A DNA stretch of 25,499 nt from positions 1 to 25,499 of IMG/VR virus record IMGVR_UViG_3300038829_000041, one strand, 5' to 3'. Made by a program: the position numbers and the translations under genes. This DNA comes from a virus. Its lineage: Duplodnaviria; Caudoviricetes. The notes below the pieces were generated by a model. It worked only from the letters and a program-made list of their open reading frames with translations, was not told the origin of the DNA and made no database searches. This document shows positions 15,589-23,500 of this stretch, piece after piece (the first letter of the stretch is position 1; each line of letters starts with the position of its first letter).

Positions 15589-16863
15589 ATGCCCGCAGTC
15601 ACCCGCACGACTAATTTCAAATTCCCAAAGCCTGCCTTCGGGCAGACGCCTTGGCAGTCGTATTATGAAGAGCTGGTGAACAGCCTTGACTCGTTGCTTG
15701 GTCGCTTTTTGGGCACTAGTGGCTTCACTGGTGTATGGGCAAACTCGACAGTCTTTGCCGTTGGCGATATAGCTATAGACGCCACGACAAATGTTGTCTA
15801 TGAAAATCTTGTTGCTCACACTAGCGCCGCGAGTGGCACGTTTGCGACTGACCGCACTTTGCATCCTTCCTATTGGCAACTCTGGTCGGGCACGCTTTCC
15901 ACGATTCTCACGACAAATACCTTCACGCCTGGAAACTCTCAGACGTGGAACAAGAACTCGCGCGCTAAGTTGATTTTGGTGCGCCTGTGGGGAGGCGGCG
16001 GCGGTGGTGGCGGCGGTGCCGGAGGCTCTGCGGGAGCGGTTCGTCAGGGTGGTACTGGCGCAGGAGGCGGCGCATTCAACGAGTTCATATATCTAGCTAG
16101 CGATCTGTCTTCGATTGAAACGGTAAACGTCGGTGCGGGCGGTGGTGGCGGCGTTGGTGGGTCTGCTGGATTAGGAGCAGACGGAGAATCTGGTGGCAAT
16201 AGTGACTTTGGCTCTAAGCTTTATGCTTATGGCGGCGGTGGGGGCAATGGTGGTAGCTCAGGCAACAATAAACCAGGAGGCTCTGGCGGCGGGGTAATGA
16301 GTGCTGGACTCGTTGGGGCAGGCACTACAAGTGTAGATGGAGGCCATCCACGAGTTCTTGATTCTACAGGAACGCCTACATATGGAACGACTGGTGGTGG
16401 AGGGGCCGCTTCTTTTGCAAATGATCAAGGTTATCCCTCCGAGTGGGGAGGAGGCTCTGGTGGAGGTGTCCCAACTGGCGGTGGTGCGGCAACACGCGCA
16501 GGTGGCTGTTCAACTCGCGGAGGAGGAGGCGGAGGCGCTGGGGGCTCGTTAGATACAGCCAATGTCGAGCGCGTCGGGCAAGAAGGAGGCAACAACAAAA
16601 CCTCCGTATCTGATGGTTCCGGTGGCGGTGGTACAGGCGGCGCTGTAAATGGCGGCGCTGGTAGTGCTGGCGCTGACGGCGGCACTCTCAACGGCGGCCA
16701 AGGTGGCGGAGGTGGAGGATCGCAAGATTCTGGCACTGGTGGAATAGGTGGGGTGGGTGGTCTTGGTGGAGGCGCCGGGGGAGGCGGTGGTGGCGGCACC
16801 ACAGTTGGTGGTGCCGGAGGTCGTGGCGGAAATGGTCGCTGCGTCGTTTATCAGTTAGGCTAA
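15589..16863 (+). CDS. Glycine-rich tail fibre / receptor-binding protein with an N-terminal CBM5/12-like module
   Basis: RTTNFKFPKP anchor, W...F.VGD...Y...HTS...P.YW module, then LWGGGGGGG...GGRGGNGRCVV polyglycine domain. Confidence 0.8.
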   Translation: MPAVTRTTNFKFPKPAFGQTPWQSYYEELVNSLDSLLGRFLGTSGFTGVWANSTVFAVGDIAIDATTNVVYENLVAHTSAASGTFATDRTLHPSYWQLWSGTLSTILTTNTFTPGNSQTWNKNSRAKLILVRLWGGGGGGGGGAGGSAGAVRQGGTGAGGGAFNEFIYLASDLSSIETVNVGAGGGGGVGGSAGLGADGESGGNSDFGSKLYAYGGGGGNGGSSGNNKPGGSGGGVMSAGLVGAGTTSVDGGHPRVLDSTGTPTYGTTGGGGAASFANDQGYPSEWGGGSGGGVPTGGGAATRAGGCSTRGGGGGGAGGSLDTANVERVGQEGGNNKTSVSDGSGGGGTGGAVNGGAGSAGADGGTLNGGQGGGGGGSQDSGTGGIGGVGGLGGGAGGGGGGGTTVGGAGGRGGNGRCVVYQLG

Positions 16864-16867
16864 TATC

Positions 16868-17053
16868 ATGTCAGAACGTGAAGCTCTTCTAGAAGCCCTC
16901 CGAGCAAATGTCCGCCTCGACGGCCATGAGAAAGAGTGCATTACATTTAGGAAAGCAATCCTGTCACGCTTCTCTCGCCTAGAATGGGTCTTGTATTCAG
17001 CCTTAGGGTTTGCTATAATGCTGCTGACAAACATGGCCCTGAAAGTCGTCTAA
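16868..17053 (+). CDS. Small protein with C-terminal TM segment (holin/antiholin or XhlA-like)
   Basis: HEKEC...I..RF.RLE coiled segment then a hydrophobic helix. TAATG-coupled to the endolysin. Confidence 0.7.
   Translation: MSEREALLEALRANVRLDGHEKECITFRKAILSRFSRLEWVLYSALGFAIMLLTNMALKVV
16991..17019 (+). promoter_or_regulatory. Internal promoter immediately upstream of the endolysin
   Basis: TTGTAT 16991-16996, 17 nt spacer, extended -10 TG-c-TATAAT with TATAAT at 17014-17019. Confidence 0.6.
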
Positions 17054-17820
17054 TGCTCCAGCCAATCGACGCGTTCAAGCTCAGCATCGAAAAGTGGGAA
17101 GGACTTTATCAAGATGACCCCGCAGACTCGGGTAATATTAAGCTGGCTAGCGGACTTGTGGTTGGTACTATGCGTGGGGTTACTCCTGGGGCTTGGGCTC
17201 AGTTTCTTAATAGGCCCGTGCGCGACATAACGCCGCAGATGATGAAGGCTATCAGTCTAACAGATGCAGCGAGAGTATATGAGCAAAACTATTACAGAGG
17301 CCCAGGGTTCAACAGATTTGACTGGGGGCCAACCATCGACGTTGCCGCTGACATCGGTTGGGGCAGCGGACCTGTACGTGGAATTAAAGCGCTGCAACTT
17401 CTTGCTGGCGGAAATCCTGACGGCGTTGTTGGGCCTAAGACAGTCGCAGCTCATAGAGACTGGGTCGGGAGTTTGGGGCCAGCTAGAGCTGTTTCAACCT
17501 TATACAACTGGCGGGTTGAATGGTACAAACAAATCTGCGTAGTCCGCCCAGCTAACAACAAATTCCTCAAAGGCTGGCTCAACCGTGCTAAATGGCAGTC
17601 ACCGAGTACCGGCGGACAATGGTGGCAAGCGTGGTCGGCGGCTTCGTCGATCCCAACACCGCAGCCTGAACCTGTTCCTAGCGCGCCAGAGCGCCAAGCT
17701 ATCGAGTCCATCCCTGAGCGCGATCTGGACGCTATGGCTTCTGCGGCTCTGGAGGCGCTGTTGCTGGTTGATCCGACACTGGCGCGGGCGTTGAATGTTC
17801 TCCGTGGGCTCTTTGGGTAA
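17053..17820 (+). CDS. Endolysin, glycoside hydrolase family 108-like, with peptidoglycan-binding domain
   Basis: WEG..DDPADSG...TMRGVT (EGG-like catalytic motif), DGVVGPKT and KFLKGWLNRA. Start taken at ATG 17053. Confidence 0.85.
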   Translation: MLQPIDAFKLSIEKWEGLYQDDPADSGNIKLASGLVVGTMRGVTPGAWAQFLNRPVRDITPQMMKAISLTDAARVYEQNYYRGPGFNRFDWGPTIDVAADIGWGSGPVRGIKALQLLAGGNPDGVVGPKTVAAHRDWVGSLGPARAVSTLYNWRVEWYKQICVVRPANNKFLKGWLNRAKWQSPSTGGQWWQAWSAASSIPTPQPEPVPSAPERQAIESIPERDLDAMASAALEALLLVDPTLARALNVLRGLFG

Positions 17821-17825
17821 AGATC

Positions 17826-18182
17826 ATGCGTCTGATTTATGTCGAATGGTTGGACAGCTCTGCGCCGTTCCGCCGCGCGACGTGGATCGACAAGAGTGAG
17901 ACCGAGAGTGGCAGCCTAAAAGTGTACTCTGTAGGCTGGCTGGTTCGCGAGACCCCTGATAGCATCATCCTGGCAGCTCACATCGACGCACTCGACCATA
18001 AGTGGTCCCAAGTCTCAGGGGCTATAGAGATACCAAAGAAAGCCATTACTTTACAACGTTCTCTGTCTAAAGGCAAACGAATATGTTCGGTGCAGCCGCC
18101 ATCCTCGGCCTCGTCAACTCCATCGTCTCCGGCATCAGTGGGTATTTTCACGACAAGTCCGCCGAAGCCCAAGCCCGACTAG
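17826..18182 (+). CDS. Conserved-looking phage hypothetical protein (VEWLDS...SVGWLV...IPKKAI, Sm-like fold suspected)
   Basis: Motif pattern recalled from many small phage proteins. The S/P-rich tail overlaps the holin by 100 nt. Confidence 0.65.
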   Translation: MRLIYVEWLDSSAPFRRATWIDKSETESGSLKVYSVGWLVRETPDSIILAAHIDALDHKWSQVSGAIEIPKKAITLQRSLSKGKRICSVQPPSSASSTPSSPASVGIFTTSPPKPKPD

Positions 18183-18487
18183 CTATCGAGGCTGCTCTTG
18201 TCGAGTTCATGCGACAGGTGGACACCGGACAGATTGAACTCAATAAAGAAGAGGCCAAAAGTGCCAGTCTCTTTGTCGCCGGGTGGCGCCCCTTCATCGG
18301 CTGGTGCGGTGGGCTTGGTATCGCATATCAGTTCCTGATCCGACCGCTAGTCGATGCGATCTCTTATCTGATCGACCCGAATTTCTCCGCACTACCGTCT
18401 GCCGACCTGAACGAACTGATTGGGCTCGTCAGTGCCATGCTCGGTGTGGCCGGGCTTAGAAGTTGGGAAAAAATTAAGGGCGTCTAA
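18083..18487 (+). CDS. Holin, 3-TM GTA-type (DUF3154) family
   Basis: Signature Q.ELNKEEA.S.SLFVAGWRPFIGW and MLG.AGLRSWEK.KGV. Confidence 0.9.
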   Translation: MFGAAAILGLVNSIVSGISGYFHDKSAEAQARLAIEAALVEFMRQVDTGQIELNKEEAKSASLFVAGWRPFIGWCGGLGIAYQFLIRPLVDAISYLIDPNFSALPSADLNELIGLVSAMLGVAGLRSWEKIKGV

Positions 18488-19089
18488 TGAAACGTCTTTT
18501 TGCAGCACTTGGTGTTTTACTCTTAGCAGCTTGTTCTGTTGCTATTGTCCCCGCTAAACCTAGTGACAATCCTGCCGCAGTTCGAGTAGAGATGTCCAGC
18601 GGACATTGCTCTGGAACAGTGATTTCTTCAAAGGGGCTCGTTCTCACGGCTGGGCATTGCGGCAACATAGGGGAAGATGTCACTGTTGTCATGCGGAATG
18701 GCCGGATGTACAAGGGCAAATTCATCAAAGATGACGACAAACACGACGTTGCTCTAATTTCTATTGACAGCACGGATGTTTTTGTATATGCTGCCCTCCG
18801 TTGTGACCAGCCTACCTGGGCAGGAGAGCCTGTTTATACTATCGGCCACCCCGAGACGTTCCGTTGGGTCTACGCTCCTGGGGACGTAATGGGAATGATT
18901 GATAGTGCCGATGCCGGGTGGGGCGAGGTCATTTTGCTTAATATGCGTGTTTGGCACGGCAACAGCGGCGGCGGGTTGTTTGATAAAAACGGAATGATCG
19001 TTGGCGTTGTCAATGCTTATTTCCGTGGGGCTCTTTACGGTGTTGCTGTCAAAGTCGAACATGCTTGTGATTTGGTGAAGAATGGCTGA
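18487..19089 (+). CDS. Trypsin-like (S1) serine protease with lipoprotein-type signal peptide
   Basis: Catalytic triad motifs LTAGHC, HDVALI and GNSGGG. N-terminus MKRLFAALGVLLLAA-C has a lipobox. Confidence 0.9.
   Translation: MKRLFAALGVLLLAACSVAIVPAKPSDNPAAVRVEMSSGHCSGTVISSKGLVLTAGHCGNIGEDVTVVMRNGRMYKGKFIKDDDKHDVALISIDSTDVFVYAALRCDQPTWAGEPVYTIGHPETFRWVYAPGDVMGMIDSADAGWGEVILLNMRVWHGNSGGGLFDKNGMIVGVVNAYFRGALYGVAVKVEHACDLVKNG
18764..18792 (+). promoter_or_regulatory. Internal sigma70-type promoter inside the protease gene
   Basis: TTGACA 18764-18769, 17 nt spacer, TATGCT 18787-18792. Same hexamers and spacing as the promoter at 1481. Confidence 0.65.
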
Positions 19090-19834
19090 ACCTAGGATAT
19101 TGTTTTTTGACATAGAAAGCACGGGGCTCAACGCGACGTTTGGGACGATCTTGTGCATTGGATCGAAGTGGAGGGGACAGAAGCAGGTCTCCGTGCCTAC
19201 CATTCTCGACAGTAACAAGAATATGCTAGACGATAAGGACCTCGTTACCGAGTTCGCTAAAACATGGAACGAAGCAGACTATGTGGTGAGCTGGTACGGG
19301 AAGCGCTTCGATGTTCCGATGATCGAGACGAAGATGTTGAAGCACAGGTTAGGACCGCTTGCGCCTAAATATCACCTGGACCTTTGGGAAGCGGCCCGGA
19401 AACAATTCAAACTTCACTCAAACAGGCTGGCGGCATTTGAACAGTTCCTTGGAACCAAAGACACTAAAAGCGCCATTGACTATGATAGCTGGCTCAGAGC
19501 TGCTCATGGAGACCGAGGAGCAATCCGAGAAGTGGTTGACCATTGCCGCCGCGATGTGCTCGTATTGGAACAAGTTTTTGATCGGCTCCGTCCCTGGCTT
19601 GACAAAGAACCTCCCAGAGCTTTATTCACGGGAGAGCAAGATGCGTGTCCTTCGTGCGGTAGTATACACATTGAGCGCCGAGGCTTCAAAGTTGCGGCCA
19701 CTCGCTTATATAAACAACTCCACTGCGCCGACTGCGGACGCTGGTTCCGCTCCGTAAAGGCCATCGCGAAAAGCGACTATCGTGGGATGGCGCATAGCGG
19801 ATCGACTGTCAAACCCCCACAGCGACGGTTCTAA
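19082..19834 (+). CDS. RNase H-like (DEDD, YprB/RNase_H_2-type) exonuclease with C-terminal Zn ribbon
   Basis: FFDIEST (ExoI), WYGKRFD (ExoII), HCRRDV (ExoIII), CPSCGS...CADCG. Confidence 0.88.
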   Translation: MAEPRILFFDIESTGLNATFGTILCIGSKWRGQKQVSVPTILDSNKNMLDDKDLVTEFAKTWNEADYVVSWYGKRFDVPMIETKMLKHRLGPLAPKYHLDLWEAARKQFKLHSNRLAAFEQFLGTKDTKSAIDYDSWLRAAHGDRGAIREVVDHCRRDVLVLEQVFDRLRPWLDKEPPRALFTGEQDACPSCGSIHIERRGFKVAATRLYKQLHCADCGRWFRSVKAIAKSDYRGMAHSGSTVKPPQRRF

Positions 19835-20421
19835 TGTGCATCTATCTGATTGGTTCACTGCGAAATCAGGCAATTCCTGAAATCGCACAGAAAATCCGCG
19901 CGCTCGGACTGGAGGTCTTCGATGACTGGCACGCCGCAGGACCGGAAGCTGACGACGCTTGGCAGCACTATGAGACTAGTCGCGGCCATGATTACAAACA
20001 AGCCCTTAAAGGCTGGGCCGCACGACACGTTTTTGGCTTCGACTATCATCATCTGTCTCGCGCCAGTGCTGCTGTTCTTGTGCTTCCTGCTGGGAAGTCT
20101 GCTCATCTAGAAGCAGGCTGGATGATCGGTAAAGGGAAGCCAGTTTATTTCTTGTTCGATAAGGCGCCCGAGCGTTTCGATCAGATGTACGCTTTCGCAC
20201 TGACGACTGGCGGCGATATCTTCTTCAATGAGAAGGACCTTCTAGATGAACTCGCACGAGTTAATCGCAAGCCGTCAAGCAACACACGGCCCAGCGTTCC
20301 AGAACCACTGCAACATCGCAGCGCTTTGGAGTGCATATCTGGGCGTGCTGTTGAGCCCGGAGCAGGTGGCGGTAATGATGATGCTGCTAAAAGCTGCCCG
20401 GACCAAGGGTGGGTACAGTAA
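19834..20421 (+). CDS. Nucleoside 2-deoxyribosyltransferase / dNMP N-glycosidase-like protein
   Basis: IYLIGSLR, FGFD..HL, and GKSAHLEAGW..GKGKP carrying the catalytic Glu. About 55 aa of run-on tail overlap the next gene. Confidence 0.8.
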   Translation: MCIYLIGSLRNQAIPEIAQKIRALGLEVFDDWHAAGPEADDAWQHYETSRGHDYKQALKGWAARHVFGFDYHHLSRASAAVLVLPAGKSAHLEAGWMIGKGKPVYFLFDKAPERFDQMYAFALTTGGDIFFNEKDLLDELARVNRKPSSNTRPSVPEPLQHRSALECISGRAVEPGAGGGNDDAAKSCPDQGWVQ

Positions 20422-20599
20422 AGACCACTATGACGACATGGCCGGATACGCGGTTATCGCGGGCCAGTGCCGGGAGGCTTTGATAGCACTCTCGCAGGGT
20501 CAACGTCCTCAAGACGGAAGCCTAGCCGCTGCTCCTTCGCCTTCACTAGATCATACAGTCGCTCCGACAGACCAAGCTCCCGTGCCCGAAGCACGTTGA
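20246..20599 (+). CDS. DUF6378-like phage protein
   Basis: RQATHG...N...IAALWSAYLG....QVAVMMMLLK.AR......D.YDDMAGYA pattern, AAGGA RBS. Confidence 0.8.
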   Translation: MNSHELIASRQATHGPAFQNHCNIAALWSAYLGVLLSPEQVAVMMMLLKAARTKGGYSKDHYDDMAGYAVIAGQCREALIALSQGQRPQDGSLAAAPSPSLDHTVAPTDQAPVPEAR

Positions 20600-23500
20600 T
20601 CTTCTGCTGGAGTTCTCGTGTTAGAGGCCGCTGCCCTCCGAGAGATTCTAACTCCCTACGCAAGATGTTCCTGTCACCCTGGACCCGCTTCAACGCAGGG
20701 TCCAGCTCAAACACGCGCTTGACCGCCAGGATGCGCTGCATATAGACAGGATCGCGCATAAAGGACTGGAGCTGTTCCGGCTGGAGATAGTTCTCCGCAG
20801 GACGCTGGATGCTAGTCCGGCCACCACGCATGAGGGCCTCAGCGGTATTCGAGATGCGGTCGATAAGCTGGCCCTTCTCGCCCAGGCGGCGCTTCATGTT
20901 CGACATGGCCTGCTCGGCATGGAAGCCATGGATGGGCTTGTAGACGGGCATCTTCCGTAGAGTCTCGTTGCCGAGATGCGTGATAGTGGCGAGGCCGGGG
21001 TCTTCCTTGCGACGAGCAGCCTGCGTCCAGCTATCAAGGCCCCCGATGGCAAACGACGCGACTGTACCGAAGAGCCCTTGCATGAAGCCTTCCATTTCAG
21101 CAGGAAGGGCTGCACCTGGACGAGCGGCAAAGCCAGCACCAGTCGAACGTTCTTTGCGAGTGAGGCTGTCCAGCGACAGCGGGTTCGGCCCAAAGCCAGC
21201 AGAGCCCTCGAAGGACTGAACGCGGCTACCGCGCAGATCAAGGCCACCAAGGGCACCAAAGGCTACAACAAGTGGAGGCATCCCAGCCCCACCGATGAAC
21301 GGCACGTTGAGCCACTGAGAGATGCTATCGCGGATGTCGTCTTGCTGATAGCTAGTATTCGTCCCTAGGAACTCCGCCATCGCATAGCTAGTCACGGCAT
21401 GGAGAATGCCGAACTCGGGCGCAATTGGGATCGCCAACACGCGCTCGTGGACGGGGCGGTGTTGCATGAAAGGGAGCGGCATGAACAGCGTCGAGGCGCG
21501 ATATTGCCCAGGGAGCTGACGATACCAATCGGACAACTCTTTATCATAGGACATATAGAGCTGAGCGGCAACCGCAGGCAAGATGGCGCTTTGAAGGAGG
21601 CCACTAGCCCCACTGGGCGAGGCCATGCGCTTCGCCAGCTTGTTCGTCGCTTGGATGAAGACGTTGTAGTACGGAATCGAATCCATCAACGCCTGCCCAG
21701 CCTCGCGAGCATAGCGACCACCGAAGGCACGAGCTGCAACGTTGCCAGCCTGTTGGCTCAGATCGTGGGCCTCCCGCAACAATGGCGTCCCTTCGATTCC
21801 TTTGCCGATGCCACGACGCGTGAAGGTGCCCAATAGATCAGCCGCTTCCTTTGCAACTCCCGGTCGCGCCCGGTTGTAATGCATGTATTGAATCTTGTAA
21901 CTCTGCGCGGCTGACTCCATCAGGTTCTTGTAGAACATGTAGATGGAGTGCATCTTGTCTACAGGGTAGCCGAGTTTGCTCCACGCCGGGACCATCTGTT
22001 CCAGACGCGAGGTGTTCATCGCAAGGTTGCGCTCGAAGAACTGCGTCTGCCCGACGACGCCTTCACGTTTAGCCCAAGCATAGGTGCTATCGACGTAGGC
22101 ATCTCGCATGGTTTGTGCTAGACGCTTAACAGAGCCAGGGCCTTTGGCCGCTTCGTACCACTTCGACCACATCGGGCCTAGGTTTCGTGCTAGAGCCTGC
22201 TCGGCAGCTTCGGCGATAGCGAGTTTACCTTTGGCAGCGAGCGTCCGACCCATGCCAGCCAGCAGATTATGTGCGACCTTCGTAGGGTCAATAGATATAC
22301 GGCCCCGCCCCGCAGTCAGAATGCCAGAGATACCCCCAAAGTCTTTCGATCCTGCTGGCCGAAGAGCCGCACCGAAGCCATGATCGAAGAAGACGCCTTT
22401 CAGGAACAACCATGTAGGGTTGAGCAGGCCGGTAGTGCCTTGCTGGAAGCCTTGTTTCATCTTGTGCGCGGTCTGCCACTTGATGTCATGCGGGTTCAGT
22501 TTGAACGCGGTGTTCATCAGCGGGTCTTTGAAGTGAACACCCATCAGGGCTTCACCATCCCAGAACCAATTAGTCGTCGCCGGAGCGCCCTTGTCACCTT
22601 TCCTGTAGACACTGAACGACTGCGCGATCAGCGGATCACGGCTATTGCGGATGAAGTAGAAAGCCGAGCGCTTGGCGTGGTTCCGCTCCATCGCATAGTA
22701 GTACGTTGCGAAGTACCGCTGATAAGTGTCGGCGAAGCTAGCAGGATTCTGCACGCCTTGGCCGTGTACCTTCGTCGCAGTCATAAAGTCATCGAACTTC
22801 GCCATGCTGTCTTTCATGTGCGGATCGACTTCGCCTAGCTCGCGGAAGAAGCGATCCATTCGACCAAGGAGATTGGGGTTGCGGGCTTCTTTGCCCTGCT
22901 CTTGGATCGGCACGAAGCGCGGATTGGCCTTGAGGAATTGGTTGACTTTACTCTGCGGGATGCCAGCATGGACAGCATTTTGGATCATCGCACGGAGGTT
23001 GCCCTGGATGCCAGTCACAATCTCATAGACCTTCGGATCGGCCATAAGTTGCGTATACCGGGCCTGCTGTTGAGCAAGCATCGCGGGATCGACTTTGCCA
23101 GGGAAGGGATGCGGAACAGGGACGCCAGCAGCGGTCTGCGTCGTTTGCTTCGGGCCAAACAGTCGAGTCAAGATAGGCGCACTGCCCTTCTCGGCGGCAT
23201 CGAGCGCGCGACCTAGACCAAGGGCTTCGTCTACGTTCTTAGCTACGTCGGGGCCTGCCATGGCCCAGTCAGTGAGCTGCTTCTTGGGAGGGATGATCTG
23301 GAAGCTCCGGGTGCCTCCGGCGATGTCGATCTGGCCGGTCTCGAAGCCGTGGGACATACGGAGGCCGACTTGTGCAGGAGTCGAGCGCGGGATCAGCGCA
23401 TCGGTGTCTTTGACAGCCTGGGCGATAGTCGTGCCCGGCGCAAATGGCGCAGCCGGGATCGTCGGGGCGTTGTTCGGCAGGAGCAACTGCCGCGAGCCAA

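Noticed and set aside
16431-16802. Polyproline minus-strand ORF
   Set aside because: Reverse complement of the Gly codons in the fibre gene.
13175-17052. ORF-track starts at 13175, 15150 and 16984
   Set aside because: Downstream starts at 13193, 15189 and 17053 have better RBS or stop-start coupling and avoid long overlaps.
17264-17794. Alternative-frame ORFs inside the endolysin as embedded spanins
   Set aside because: No lipobox and no N-terminal TM segment.
19107-19627. Further TTGACA hexamers at 19107 and 19599 (also 11682 and 23410)
   Set aside because: No convincing -10 box at 16-18 nt spacing.
1895-20599. Stop-codon reassignment
   Set aside because: Genes are full length in the standard code, and TAG, TAA and TGA all end genes at sensible boundaries.
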